Source of the DNA: a virus
Reading direction: 5' to 3' (one strand)
Virus record (IMG/VR): IMGVR_UViG_3300034071_001414
Coordinates: 34,518-98,517 of that record
Length of the DNA: 64,000 nt
Below the pieces are notes generated by a model. That model did not search any database and had not been told where the DNA came from. It saw nothing but the letters and a program-made list of their open reading frames with translations. Position numbers and translations under genes: made by a program. Of the stretch, positions 29,095 through 39,301 are shown piece after piece. The first letter of the stretch is position 1. Each line of letters opens with the position of its first letter.

Positions 29095-30744
29095 ATGCCA
29101 AATAATGATGTATATCTTGGTAATCCTTTATTAAAAAAGGCGAACACCCCTATTGAATTCACACAAGAACAAATTCTTGAATTTGTTAAGTGTAAAGACG
29201 ATCCGGTTTACTTCGCAAATAATTACGTAAAGATTGTAACTCTAGATCATGGATTACAAACTTTTAAACCATATCATTTTCAAGAAAAGTTAATTAATAA
29301 CTTCCACAATCACAGATTCAATATTTGCAAGATGCCACGGCAAACTGGTAAGTCTACTACTGTGGTATCTTTTTTGCTGCATTATGCTGTATTTAATGAT
29401 AATGTAAATATTGGTATCCTAGCAAACAAAGCAGCGACAGCCAGGGAACTCCTAGATAGGTTACAGACCGCATATGAGAATCTTCCCAAGTGGATGCAAC
29501 AAGGCATTATCTCTTGGAACAAAGGTTCTTTAGAATTGGAAAATGGAAGTAAAATCTTGGCTGCTTCCACTTCTGCCTCTGCAGTCCGAGGGATGTCATT
29601 TAACATTCTATTTTTGGATGAATTTGCGTTCGTTCCAAATCATATTGCAGATTCATTCTTTGCATCGGTTTATCCTACGATTACTTCAGGTAAACAAACT
29701 AAAGTTATTATAGTTTCTACTCCTCACGGTATGAATCATTTCTACCGAATGTGGCATGATGCTGAAAAAGGAAAGAATGAATATGTTTTTACAGATGTTC
29801 ATTGGAGTGAAGTTCCGGGTCGTGATGAAGAGTGGAAGAAACAAACCATAGCAAACACTTCCGATCAGCAGTTTAAAGTTGAGTTTGAATGCGAATTTTT
29901 AGGTTCAGTAGATACTCTTATTGCACCATCTAAACTTAGAACGCTCGTCTACGATGCCCCGAAGACCCGTAGTGCTGGTTTAGATGTTTATGTGGACCCA
30001 GAGGAGAATCATGATTACCTCATCACTGTAGACGTTGCTAGAGGCGTTGGAAATGATTACTCAGCATTTACAATTATTGACATAACACAATTTCCACACA
30101 ACGTTGTAGCAAAATATAGAAATAATGAAATTAAACCAATGCTGTTTCCAAGTATAATTCACGAAGCAGCTACAGCATACAATAGTGCATATATTTTATG
30201 TGAAGTAAATGATGTTGGGGACCAAGTGGCAAGTATTCTGCAATATGACTTAGAATATAACAATCTCCTTATGTGCTCCATGAGAGGTAGGGCAGGGCAA
30301 ATCGTTGGACAAGGATTTTCTGGTAAGAAAACTCAACTTGGAGTTAAGATGTCCAAAACTGTTAAAAAAGTAGGATGCTTAAATCTCAAAACAATGATTG
30401 AAGAAAGCAAACTATTTCTCAATGACTATGAAATTATATCAGAACTTACAACTTTCATTCAAAAACATAACTCTTTTGAAGCAGAAGAGGGGTGTAATGA
30501 TGACCTTGCAATGTGCTTAGTAATATATGCTTGGTTAGTTGCTCAAGATTATTTCAAAGAACTCACAGACCAGGACGTAAGAAAGCGTTTATATGAGGAA
30601 CAAAAAAACCAAATAGAACAAGATATGTCACCTTTTGGGTTTGTTTCTGACGGTTTAGATAATAGTAGTTTTGTCGATCAGGATGGAGATAGATGGTTTG
30701 TCGATGAATATGGAGATCGTGCTTATATGTGGGAATATATGTAA
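29095..30744 (+). CDS. gp17: Terminase large subunit gp17
   Basis: Walker A PRQTGKST, Walker B LFLDEFAF, STPHG, nuclease motifs VDVARG and NDDLAM. Confidence 0.97.
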   Translation: MPNNDVYLGNPLLKKANTPIEFTQEQILEFVKCKDDPVYFANNYVKIVTLDHGLQTFKPYHFQEKLINNFHNHRFNICKMPRQTGKSTTVVSFLLHYAVFNDNVNIGILANKAATARELLDRLQTAYENLPKWMQQGIISWNKGSLELENGSKILAASTSASAVRGMSFNILFLDEFAFVPNHIADSFFASVYPTITSGKQTKVIIVSTPHGMNHFYRMWHDAEKGKNEYVFTDVHWSEVPGRDEEWKKQTIANTSDQQFKVEFECEFLGSVDTLIAPSKLRTLVYDAPKTRSAGLDVYVDPEENHDYLITVDVARGVGNDYSAFTIIDITQFPHNVVAKYRNNEIKPMLFPSIIHEAATAYNSAYILCEVNDVGDQVASILQYDLEYNNLLMCSMRGRAGQIVGQGFSGKKTQLGVKMSKTVKKVGCLNLKTMIEESKLFLNDYEIISELTTFIQKHNSFEAEEGCNDDLAMCLVIYAWLVAQDYFKELTDQDVRKRLYEEQKNQIEQDMSPFGFVSDGLDNSSFVDQDGDRWFVDEYGDRAYMWEYM

Positions 30745-30974
30745 TGGAATTAGATAAGCAAATAAATTTGGGACATTTATTATTGACAGATAGAAAATGT
30801 AGAAGTTGTGGCGAATTAAAAAATTTGATAGATGGATTTTATAGGACACGTAAGAATAGGGGCCCAGTTGCATCATCATATTCATATGAATGTAAAGAAT
30901 GTACAATAAAAAGGGTAGTTTCTAGTAGGATGGTAACTAGAGTTCTTGATAAATGGGAATATCCTGACTGGTAA
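30744..30974 (+). CDS. Small Zn-ribbon protein (CxxC...CxxC), 76 aa from ATG 30744
   Basis: TAATG stop/start overlap with gp17; CRSC and CKEC motifs; C-terminal WEYPDW. Confidence 0.7.
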   Translation: MELDKQINLGHLLLTDRKCRSCGELKNLIDGFYRTRKNRGPVASSYSYECKECTIKRVVSSRMVTRVLDKWEYPDW

Positions 30975-31013
30975 ATGTTCACCTCACGTTTCCCCTACGT
31001 AAAGTAAATTTTT

Positions 31014-31021
31014 AATAAATA
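31014..31021 (+). promoter_or_regulatory. T4-type late promoter
   Basis: AATAAATA upstream of gp18. Confidence 0.65.
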
Positions 31022-31055
31022 ATTTTTAGATAAACTGAGATTTACGGAGAAAAAC

Positions 31056-33242
31056 ATGGCGACTCCTCAATTATCTCCCGGCGTATTGGTTAGGGAGGTT
31101 GACTTAACGGTAGGAAGAGCTGATAATGTTTTAGATAATATTGGTGCAATTGCTGGACCTTTTCCAATTGGACCAGTTGACTACCCCATTGATATTACTA
31201 CTGAACAAGATCTTATCAACGTTTTTGGTAAGCCATCTTCAACAGACGCACAGTATGAGTATTGGATGAGTGCATCATCTTACCTGTCATATGGTGGAGT
31301 TCTCAAAGTTGTTAGAACTGGTGGATCTACACTCAATAATGCTAATGCTGGCGTAGGTCTTGCATCAGACACAAGTTTAAAAATTGACAACTATGATGAT
31401 TATATCAATAATCATTCGGACGATAATAGTTTTATTTTTGCTGCGAAGAACCCAGGTTCTTGGGCAAATGGTCTGAAAGTATGTTTCATCGATGATCTTG
31501 CAGATCAAATCATCGGAATCAATACAACCAATCTCGCTGGTGTTGGTGCTACGATTGGATATGGAGTCACTTCTTCAGTAACGACTCTAATCGCAAACTC
31601 AAGCGGAACATCAACTACCTTTACAGGATATGTAAAGGGTATTATTACTGGTGTTTCGACCGATGCTATAAATGGCAATAGCACTATTAGTGTAAAAATA
31701 GTTTCTCGTGTTTCGACTGCAGGAACTGAAACAAATGTTGATTACGCTGAAGGATCTGTAGGTGCTGCATTTACTGCTACTGCAAGTCTCAAGTTCATTA
31801 CCAGTGCTGGTACTCAAGCAGAATCTGAAGTAACTGCAGTTTCAGTTTCTGATTGGTATAATGAGCAAACTTTAGGTCTTACAAACTCAACGATCTACTG
31901 GAAGTCTATTGCACCAAAACCAGTTTCCAATAGATATGCCATTGATAGACAGAGCAAAAATGATGCTCTGCACGTAGTTGTTGTAGATGACTTGGGAACG
32001 ATCAGTGGAAATCAGGCAACTCTCCTGGAGAAGCATCTAAATCTCTCAAAAGCACTTGATGCGGTTTCTGCAGTAAATTCTCCACAAAAAATCTGGTACG
32101 AACAATATCTTGCAGATTTTTCATCTCAAGTTTATGCGGGTGGAAATCCATCTTCTGCTGCTGATACGTATTGGGGAACTTCGCCAAGAGCAACAGGATT
32201 CTCAACTGGATTTACTCCAGTCACTGTTGCTAACGGTTTATGGGGTCTAAATGCACAGGGAGTAACTTTCAGTGCTGTTGGAAATAAAACGTACACTCTA
32301 GGTGGTGGTGTTGATTACTCAGCATCTGGTGGAATGAAACCAACTCTAGGTAATCTAATCACTTCATATAACCTCTTCTCAAACAAAGACGAGATTCAAG
32401 TTGATTATTTGATCATGGGTCCTGGTTTTGATTCTGAGTCAGATACGCAAGCAAAAGCACAATATCTGATTTCTATTGCTGAACAAAGAAAGGATTGTGT
32501 TGCAACAGTCGGACCTCACAGAGCAAACTTGATTGGTATTACCAATACCACTACACAAACCACAAATCTTATCAAGTACTTCAGTTCGCTATCATCCTCA
32601 TCATATGCAGTGTTCGATAGTGGATATAAGTACACTTATGATAGATTTAATAATAAGTTTGTATATATCCCATGTAATGCCGATGTGGCAGGTCTAATGT
32701 GCCGCACAAACATCGTTGCCTATCCCTGGTTCTCACCAGCAGGACAACAGCGTGGAATTCTGAACAATGCAATCAAACTTGCATACAATCCAAATAAAGC
32801 ACAAAGAGATCAACTCTATCCCCAAAGAATTAACGCAATCGTTACTCAACCTGGAATAGGAACACTTCTCTTTGCCGATAAGACCGCTCTCGGATATGCT
32901 TCCGCTTTCGATAGAATCAACGTTCGTCGCTTGTTCCTAACCATTGAACAGTTGCTTCAGAGAGCAGCACAAGCACAACTCTTCGAGTTGAATGATGAAC
33001 TGACAAGAGCAAACTTTAGAAATATTGTTGAACCATATCTTCGTGATGTTCAAGCAAAGAGAGGTCTCTACGGATTCCTGGTTGTTTGCGATACCACAAA
33101 CAACACTCCTGATGTTATTGATAACAATGAGTTTAGAGCAGATATCTTCTTGAAGCCTGCAAAGTCTATCAACTACGTAACCCTAACCTTCGTTGCAACC
33201 AGAACTGGTGTGAGCTTTGAAGAAGTCGTAGGTAGAGTTTAA
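31056..33242 (+). CDS. gp18: Tail sheath protein gp18
   Basis: SPGVLVREVDLT, PWFSPAG, SAFDRINVRRLF, KPAKSINYVTLTFVATRTG. Confidence 0.97.
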   Translation: MATPQLSPGVLVREVDLTVGRADNVLDNIGAIAGPFPIGPVDYPIDITTEQDLINVFGKPSSTDAQYEYWMSASSYLSYGGVLKVVRTGGSTLNNANAGVGLASDTSLKIDNYDDYINNHSDDNSFIFAAKNPGSWANGLKVCFIDDLADQIIGINTTNLAGVGATIGYGVTSSVTTLIANSSGTSTTFTGYVKGIITGVSTDAINGNSTISVKIVSRVSTAGTETNVDYAEGSVGAAFTATASLKFITSAGTQAESEVTAVSVSDWYNEQTLGLTNSTIYWKSIAPKPVSNRYAIDRQSKNDALHVVVVDDLGTISGNQATLLEKHLNLSKALDAVSAVNSPQKIWYEQYLADFSSQVYAGGNPSSAADTYWGTSPRATGFSTGFTPVTVANGLWGLNAQGVTFSAVGNKTYTLGGGVDYSASGGMKPTLGNLITSYNLFSNKDEIQVDYLIMGPGFDSESDTQAKAQYLISIAEQRKDCVATVGPHRANLIGITNTTTQTTNLIKYFSSLSSSSYAVFDSGYKYTYDRFNNKFVYIPCNADVAGLMCRTNIVAYPWFSPAGQQRGILNNAIKLAYNPNKAQRDQLYPQRINAIVTQPGIGTLLFADKTALGYASAFDRINVRRLFLTIEQLLQRAAQAQLFELNDELTRANFRNIVEPYLRDVQAKRGLYGFLVVCDTTNNTPDVIDNNEFRADIFLKPAKSINYVTLTFVATRTGVSFEEVVGRV

Positions 33243-33279
33243 TTAACTTTTATAACGCCAACAAAGGAGGAAACTAATC

Positions 33280-33873
33280 ATGGCAACATCCAGAGAAAAT
33301 AAGACAATCTCACAGTTTAAGTCTGCTCTTATTGGGGGCGGCGCCCGCCCCAACCTTTTTGAGGTTGAACTAGCAAAACTACCAGATGGAATCACTGGTT
33401 GGGATGCGGATAACTTCAGATACATGTGTAAGGCAGCTGCTCTTCCAGCATCCAACATCGCATCAATTGATGTTCCTTTCAGAGGAAGAATCTTCAAGGT
33501 TGCTGGCGACAGAACCTTTGATGTTTGGACTGTTACTATCATCAATGATGAAGGATTCCGTCTAAGAACTGCGTTTGAGGATTGGATGGAAAAGATTTCC
33601 AAGTTAAGCAACAACTTGGGTGCGACCGATCCATCGGCATATATGGTAGACGCAACTGTTTATCAACTTGGAAGAGGATCTGTTGCTAGCAGCAAGGACA
33701 ACACTGGTACTTCAAATGCGGTTCTTTCAACCTACACATTTGAAAGTATTTTCCCAACTAACGTTTCTGCCATTGATTTATCATACGACTCTTCAGATAC
33801 CATTGAAGAGTTTACAGTTGAGTTCCAAGTTCAGTCCTTCAGAAAAGAAGCAAACACGACTCCAAACGGTTAA
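33280..33873 (+). CDS. gp19: Tail tube protein gp19
   Basis: GGARPNLFEV, VPFRGRIFKVAGDRTF, IEEFTVEFQV; strong SD AAGGAGG. Confidence 0.95.
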   Translation: MATSRENKTISQFKSALIGGGARPNLFEVELAKLPDGITGWDADNFRYMCKAAALPASNIASIDVPFRGRIFKVAGDRTFDVWTVTIINDEGFRLRTAFEDWMEKISKLSNNLGATDPSAYMVDATVYQLGRGSVASSKDNTGTSNAVLSTYTFESIFPTNVSAIDLSYDSSDTIEEFTVEFQVQSFRKEANTTPNG

Positions 33874-33879
33874 TAAATA
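33872..33879 (+). promoter_or_regulatory. T4-type late promoter
   Basis: AATAAATA upstream of gp20. Confidence 0.6.
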
Positions 33880-33899
33880 GATAAAATCAACAATAAATT

Positions 33900-35612
33900 A
33901 TGGCAAAGTTATTTGGATTCTCAATAGAGGATACTGAACCATTATCTCCTAGTGCTGTCTCCCCCGTTCCCCCCAATAATGAGGACGGGGTAGATCACTA
34001 CATGAGTAGTGGTTTTTTTGGTTCATATGTTGATATTGAAGGTGTTTATAGAACAGAATATGAGTTAATCAAAAGATATCGTGAGATGGCACTTCATCCA
34101 GAGTGTGACAGTGCCATTGAAGATATTGTAAATGAGGCTATTGTTTCCGATAGTAATGATAGTCCTCTTCAAATTGACTTAGATAATCTTAATGCTAGTG
34201 ATGGTATCAAGAAGAAAATAAGACAAGAATTTAAACATATTTTAAATTTATTAGATTTTGATAAAAAATGTCATGAAATTTATAGAAATTGGTATATTGA
34301 TGGAAGAATTTATTACCACAAAGTAATTGATTTGAAAAATCCCCAAGAAGGGATTAAAGAGTTGAGATATATCGACGCCATGAAAATGAGATATGTGAGG
34401 AAAGAAAAGAAAAAGGATAATGACACTTACAGAAGACCACCTTCAATGGGCAGAATTGAAAATCCTATGGATTTTGACTTCCCAGAAATAGAAGAGTATT
34501 TTATCTACAATTCTAAGGTTGGATATCCAACAGGTTCATCAACTTCTACCGGAGCAAGTCAAGGTATTAAAATTGCAAAAGATGCGATTACCTATTGCAC
34601 CTCCGGACTAGTTGATAGAAATAAAGGATCAACACTTTCATATCTTCACAAGGCAATCAAGTCTCTCAATCAACTTCGCATGATTGAAGATAGTTTGGTT
34701 ATCTACAGATTATCCCGTGCTCCAGAGCGTAGAATTTTCTACATTGATGTAGGTAATCTTCCAAAGGTAAAAGCAGAACAATATCTTCGTGATGTAATGA
34801 TGCGTTATCGTAATAAGCAAGTTTATGATGCAAGCACTGGAGAAATACGTGATGATAAAAAGTTTATGGCAATGTTGGAAGATTTTTGGTTGCCAAGAAG
34901 AGAAGGTGGCAGAGGAACAGAAATATCTACACTTCCCGGTGGACAAAATCTTGGAGAAATTACAGATATTGAGTATTTTAAAAAGAAATTATATCGTTCT
35001 TTAAATGTTCCACCATCAAGAATGGATGGAGAAGGTGGATTTAATTTGGGGAGATCATCAGAAATCTTAAGAGATGAATTGAAATTTACAAAATTTGTCG
35101 GCAGATTGAGAAAAAGATTTTCTAATATGTTTTTAGATATGCTAAAAACTCAATTGATTTTGAAAAATATTGTTACCCCAGAAGACTGGGAAACTATGAG
35201 TGAGCATATTCAATTTGATTATCTCTATGATAACCATTTCTCCGAATTAAAAGATGCAGAACTACTTAATGAAAGACTTGGTATGGTACAAATCGCTGAA
35301 CCATATGTTGGCAAATATTTTTCTCAAGATTATATAAGACGCAAAATTCTTCGCCAAACTGATGAAGAAATCCTTGAACAAGATGTGTTGATTGAAAAAG
35401 AAATTAAAGACGGTGTTATTCCTGACCCAAGTGTTCAAATTGATCCAAATACAGGAATGCCAATGCAATCTCAGCAAGGAATGGATTTGGGTCAACCAGT
35501 TATGGAACCAACTTTAGATGGCACATCTGATGGTGGAATGACTGAAGTTGGTAGTAGACAAGCACAAATGGACACTGGTGCTATGAAAATGCCTAAGGGT
35601 GGCGAAATTTGA
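33900..35612 (+). CDS. gp20: Portal protein gp20
   Basis: YRLSRAPERRIFYIDVGNLPK and EDFWLPRREGGRGTEI (the g20 marker region). Confidence 0.98.
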   Translation: MAKLFGFSIEDTEPLSPSAVSPVPPNNEDGVDHYMSSGFFGSYVDIEGVYRTEYELIKRYREMALHPECDSAIEDIVNEAIVSDSNDSPLQIDLDNLNASDGIKKKIRQEFKHILNLLDFDKKCHEIYRNWYIDGRIYYHKVIDLKNPQEGIKELRYIDAMKMRYVRKEKKKDNDTYRRPPSMGRIENPMDFDFPEIEEYFIYNSKVGYPTGSSTSTGASQGIKIAKDAITYCTSGLVDRNKGSTLSYLHKAIKSLNQLRMIEDSLVIYRLSRAPERRIFYIDVGNLPKVKAEQYLRDVMMRYRNKQVYDASTGEIRDDKKFMAMLEDFWLPRREGGRGTEISTLPGGQNLGEITDIEYFKKKLYRSLNVPPSRMDGEGGFNLGRSSEILRDELKFTKFVGRLRKRFSNMFLDMLKTQLILKNIVTPEDWETMSEHIQFDYLYDNHFSELKDAELLNERLGMVQIAEPYVGKYFSQDYIRRKILRQTDEEILEQDVLIEKEIKDGVIPDPSVQIDPNTGMPMQSQQGMDLGQPVMEPTLDGTSDGGMTEVGSRQAQMDTGAMKMPKGGEI

Positions 35613-35618
35613 TAAATA
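35611..35618 (+). promoter_or_regulatory. T4-type late promoter
   Basis: GATAAATA overlapping the gp20 stop. Confidence 0.55.
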
Positions 35619-35642
35619 ACAACGATTGTTTAATTTAAAACT

Positions 35643-35804
35643 ATGGATGAATTAATGGATATGATTGCTACTGATGAGTCACCGTCACAAGTCAGTGATA
35701 AAATTAAAGACCTTTTGTTTGCAAAAGCAGCAGAAAAAGTTGATGATTTCCGTCCTTCTGTAGCAAATGCAATGTTCAATAGCGAAACAGAAGAGGAAGA
35801 ATGA
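35643..35804 (+). CDS. Small acidic protein, probable prohead core protein (gp67-like), 53 aa; not in the ORF track
   Basis: Own translation MDELMDMIATDESPSQVSDKIKDLLFAKAAEKVDDFRPSVANAMFNSETEEEE; directly after gp20 as T4 gene 67 is; ATGA overlap with the next ORF. Confidence 0.7.
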   Translation: MDELMDMIATDESPSQVSDKIKDLLFAKAAEKVDDFRPSVANAMFNSETEEEE

Positions 35805-36121
35805 AATCTTTCAAGCAATTTATCTCAGAATCAGTTAATATTGCTGGCGATTTCACAGGAAATCTTTACATTAATTCTGAACCAGAACAACCACAACAAG
35901 TCGGCGAGGAATATGTCGCTGATGTAATGTGGCAGGGAAGTTTGCATCGTTTAGAATTAGTTACTAAAACAGGAATTCCTTCTACAAGAGAACTTGGTGA
36001 GCAACTTCAGAATGATTATCCCGGTGCAGTTGTTCATCAGATTTATCCCGTTATAGAAAAGAATTTAAATATCAAAAACGCAAAAAGATACCACCCATCA
36101 AAATTAGAATGGATTGATTGA
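35801..36121 (+). CDS. Hypothetical protein with capsid-targeting-like N-terminus (MKSFKQFISE)
   Basis: 106-aa ORF; N-terminus resembles the T4 internal-protein CTS. Confidence 0.75.
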   Translation: MKSFKQFISESVNIAGDFTGNLYINSEPEQPQQVGEEYVADVMWQGSLHRLELVTKTGIPSTRELGEQLQNDYPGAVVHQIYPVIEKNLNIKNAKRYHPSKLEWID

Positions 36122-36124
36122 TAA

Positions 36125-38059
36125 ATGGCTCAGTGGAATATACAAACTCAAGATTATTTAAACCAAGAAAGATCATTATTTGAAGTTGTAGGTGTCGCAT
36201 CAAGTGACGGCCGTGTAATAAGTTATCAAAACCCGTTTCCAGTATCTCTTGGAAGTTCAAGTATTACGATTAATGGAAGCATTACAATCCCAACAACTGT
36301 AAGTGTTGCAAGTTCGGAAGCAAATCCAGTTCATAATCACATCACAGAAGTTGGAACAACTGATATTTTAACTGTTCCTTATCTTCCAGTTGGTGTTGGA
36401 ACAGTAAATCTAAATCTTACCTATCTTCCAGTTGGCATTTCTTCATTACTGAATACCGTAGCAATATCTAATACAAGTTTTTATATTTCTGGTTTTGGTT
36501 CATCGGTTTCAATTTCCAATACTTCATTCTATGTAACTGGAATTGGTGGTTCAGTATCAATTGCAAATACTGGTTTTTATGTCTTAAATCCAGTCACCTC
36601 TGTAACTGTTGGAGGAACTGTTTCTATTGCAAATACAGTATCAATATCCAATACTTCCTTCTATGTAACCAATCCAGTCACAACAGTCGCAGTATCAGGT
36701 ATTGGTTCAACAGTCACAGTTCAGGGAACAGTAGGAATTGGAACAACTGGGCAAGTATCACTCAACCTTAATAGTGCTCCTGTAAGTTCTAGTAATCCCC
36801 TACCAGTTACGGGAACAGTATCAATTTCTACAACATCATCAGCATCTGTTACATTTCCACCAATAGCAACTGATGCATTTGGTCGTTTAAGAACTTCAAC
36901 ACCACTTACACTCTTTGATAGTTCTCACAGATATAAAGATAATAATCTTTGGAGTGGTTTAGTTGTCGGTACTGGTTCAACAGTTGGATTTGTAACAGCA
37001 CAAGGTTTGATTAATATGACTGTTGGTGTTGGAAGCACCGCATCAATCATCAGAGAAACTACAAAAGTATTTTCATATCAACCAGGAAAATCATTACAGG
37101 TATTGAATACATTTGTAATGAACCCAGCAAAAGCAAATCTTCGTCAAAGAGTAGGATACTTTGGTGCAGATAATGGGATGTATCTAGAACTTAATGGAGA
37201 TACTTTATATTTTGTAGAAAGAACTTATGTTCCAGGATTTTTAACAGAAACTAGAAAATCTCAACACGAATGGAATGTTGATACGATGCTTGGTCCTGGG
37301 CATCTCAATCCATCTGGTGTCACATTAGATATTTCCAAAGCACAAATTTTGTGGATGGATATTGAATGGTTGGGAGTTGGAACAGTTAGGTTGGGTTTTG
37401 TAGTTGATGGGAAGTTTATTCACTGCCATTCATTCCATCACGCAAACTTAATCACTTCAACTTATATTACAACGGCATCATTACCTTTGAGATATGAGAT
37501 TGCAAATACTGGAATTACAACAAGTTCAAGCACACTGAAACAAGTTTGTTCTAGTGTAATTTCAGAGGGTGGTTATGAACTTCGTGGATTGCAACAAGCA
37601 GTAGGAACACCTATTACTGCACCAAGAACTCTTACAACTGCTGGAACTTATTATCCTATAATTAGTTTGAGATTAAAAACTACTACTTTGGATGCAATTG
37701 TAATTATGACTGCACTTTCTCTTATGGGAATTGGTAATGGAATTAATTATAATTGGCAAGTTATAGCATCTGGAACTACTACTGGTGGAAGTTGGGTGAG
37801 TGCTGGTGTGGATAGTGCTATTGAATATAATATTACTGGCACTTCTTTTAGTGGTGGAAGAATACTTGCAAGTGGATTTTTAAACTCATCAAATCAAGGT
37901 TCTCCATCAATTGATATTCTCAAAGAAGCATTATTCAAGTTTCAAATGGAGAGAAATGGATTGACTTCAACACCTTTTGAACTCACACTTGTTGTTACTG
38001 CCGCAACTGGTAGTGAAAAGATTTTTGCTTCTATGGACTGGGAAGAGATTAGTAGGTAA
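36125..38059 (+). CDS. Putative virion fibre/decoration protein (644 aa) with N-terminal repeats and a beta-rich C-terminal domain
   Basis: S/T/V/G-rich repeats (SVSISNTSFYV) followed by a globular domain starting DAFGRLRTS. Confidence 0.7.
   Translation: MAQWNIQTQDYLNQERSLFEVVGVASSDGRVISYQNPFPVSLGSSSITINGSITIPTTVSVASSEANPVHNHITEVGTTDILTVPYLPVGVGTVNLNLTYLPVGISSLLNTVAISNTSFYISGFGSSVSISNTSFYVTGIGGSVSIANTGFYVLNPVTSVTVGGTVSIANTVSISNTSFYVTNPVTTVAVSGIGSTVTVQGTVGIGTTGQVSLNLNSAPVSSSNPLPVTGTVSISTTSSASVTFPPIATDAFGRLRTSTPLTLFDSSHRYKDNNLWSGLVVGTGSTVGFVTAQGLINMTVGVGSTASIIRETTKVFSYQPGKSLQVLNTFVMNPAKANLRQRVGYFGADNGMYLELNGDTLYFVERTYVPGFLTETRKSQHEWNVDTMLGPGHLNPSGVTLDISKAQILWMDIEWLGVGTVRLGFVVDGKFIHCHSFHHANLITSTYITTASLPLRYEIANTGITTSSSTLKQVCSSVISEGGYELRGLQQAVGTPITAPRTLTTAGTYYPIISLRLKTTTLDAIVIMTALSLMGIGNGINYNWQVIASGTTTGGSWVSAGVDSAIEYNITGTSFSGGRILASGFLNSSNQGSPSIDILKEALFKFQMERNGLTSTPFELTLVVTAATGSEKIFASMDWEEISR
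36378..36700 (+). repeat. Imperfect intragenic tandem repeats
   Basis: TATCTTCCAGTTGG twice; about 4 copies encoding (V/S)SI(S/A)NT(S/G)FY(V/I). Confidence 0.7.
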
Positions 38060-38067
38060 TAGAGATT

Positions 38068-38075
38068 TATAAATA
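38068..38075 (+). promoter_or_regulatory. T4-type late promoter
   Basis: TATAAATA upstream of the 183-aa ORF and gp21. Confidence 0.7.
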
Positions 38076-38099
38076 ACTAAAAGTGTTGTATTTAAAATA

Positions 38100-38651
38100 A
38101 TGGCTCATAGACCAGTTGGGGCGGGTTCCTCATTTAATTTTAGTGCAGGTGCTGCATCCACATCAACTGCTTTTTCAGTACAATCTAGTGTTTTGAGAGT
38201 GGTTGCAGTTGGTGGTTCCGCACACGTTGCAATTGGAGTTACTCCTGCAGCAACTAATACTGATTATTATGTTCCAGCAGGCGACACAGTAACTTTGGGA
38301 TTAACTAAAGCATCAAATAGAGTTGTTGGAGTAACAACTGGAGCAACAACTATTGTTACTGTTCCAGAAGGAACTCAAGTTCCATTTGGAGTTGGTGATT
38401 ATGTAACTCTCACTGCTGCAGGACAGTCATACTATAACTTTACTCATCAACGAGTTTTATCAGTTGATGTTTCTACAGATTTTGATGGATATTATCAAAC
38501 AAGAATGACTGTAAATTATAACTCAAGTGGAATTGTGACTGCATTCTCTTCCACAGATGCGTCAGTGGTTATTTCTAATAAAATTTCTGCTTATGGAGTT
38601 GGTTCTGGAGCACTTTATTTCCAACAAGTACAAATTACGGGACAGGCATAA
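38100..38651 (+). CDS. Conserved hypothetical virion protein upstream of gp21
   Basis: 183-aa beta-rich ORF with a late promoter; TAATG coupling to gp21. Confidence 0.75.
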   Translation: MAHRPVGAGSSFNFSAGAASTSTAFSVQSSVLRVVAVGGSAHVAIGVTPAATNTDYYVPAGDTVTLGLTKASNRVVGVTTGATTIVTVPEGTQVPFGVGDYVTLTAAGQSYYNFTHQRVLSVDVSTDFDGYYQTRMTVNYNSSGIVTAFSSTDASVVISNKISAYGVGSGALYFQQVQITGQA

Positions 38652-39301
38652 TGAAACTCATCAGAGAAGAAATAGAAAAAGTTGAAGTCATTATCGAAGG
38701 AAAAGGTAGTGAACAAAAACTTTATATTCAAGGACCATTCTTACAAGCAGAATGTGTCAATCGCAATGGGAGAATGTATCCCATACAGATTATGGAGCGT
38801 GAAGTAAATCGTTATATTGAGCAGTATGTCCAAAAAGGTCGTGCTCTTGGGGAACTTGGTCATCCAGATGGTCCTACTGTAAATCTTGATAGAGTTTCTC
38901 ATAAAATTACAGAGCTTTATCGTCAAGGTAATAACTTTATCGGTAAGGCACAAATCTTATCCACTCCAATGGGTAAGATTGCAGAATCTCTTCTTAAGGA
39001 TGGAGTAACACTTGGTGTTTCTTCTCGTGGCATTGGTTCATTGAGAGAGAATACAAAGGGTTATAAAGAAGTTGGTGAAGATTTCATGTTAGCAACTGCT
39101 GCTGATATTGTAGCAGATCCTTCTGCACCTGATGCTTTTGTTCAGGGAATTATGGAAGGCAAAGAATGGATATGGGATGGAGGAATGCTAAGAGAAAAAG
39201 TTGCAGAGAATACAAAACGTAGAATAAATACTCTAGTTGATGAGGGTATTCTTGAGGAATACAAGTTGTCATTATTTAATGAGTTTTTAAATTCATTGTA
39301 A
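38651..39301 (+). CDS. gp21: Prohead protease gp21
   Basis: NRNGRMYP, ALGELGHP, GVSSRGIGS, DIVADPSAPDAFV. Confidence 0.96.
   Translation: MKLIREEIEKVEVIIEGKGSEQKLYIQGPFLQAECVNRNGRMYPIQIMEREVNRYIEQYVQKGRALGELGHPDGPTVNLDRVSHKITELYRQGNNFIGKAQILSTPMGKIAESLLKDGVTLGVSSRGIGSLRENTKGYKEVGEDFMLATAADIVADPSAPDAFVQGIMEGKEWIWDGGMLREKVAENTKRRINTLVDEGILEEYKLSLFNEFLNSL

Noticed and set aside
36378-36700. Repeats considered as a CRISPR-like or DGR template
   Set aside because: In-frame, degenerate coding repeats without unique spacers; no reverse transcriptase in the window
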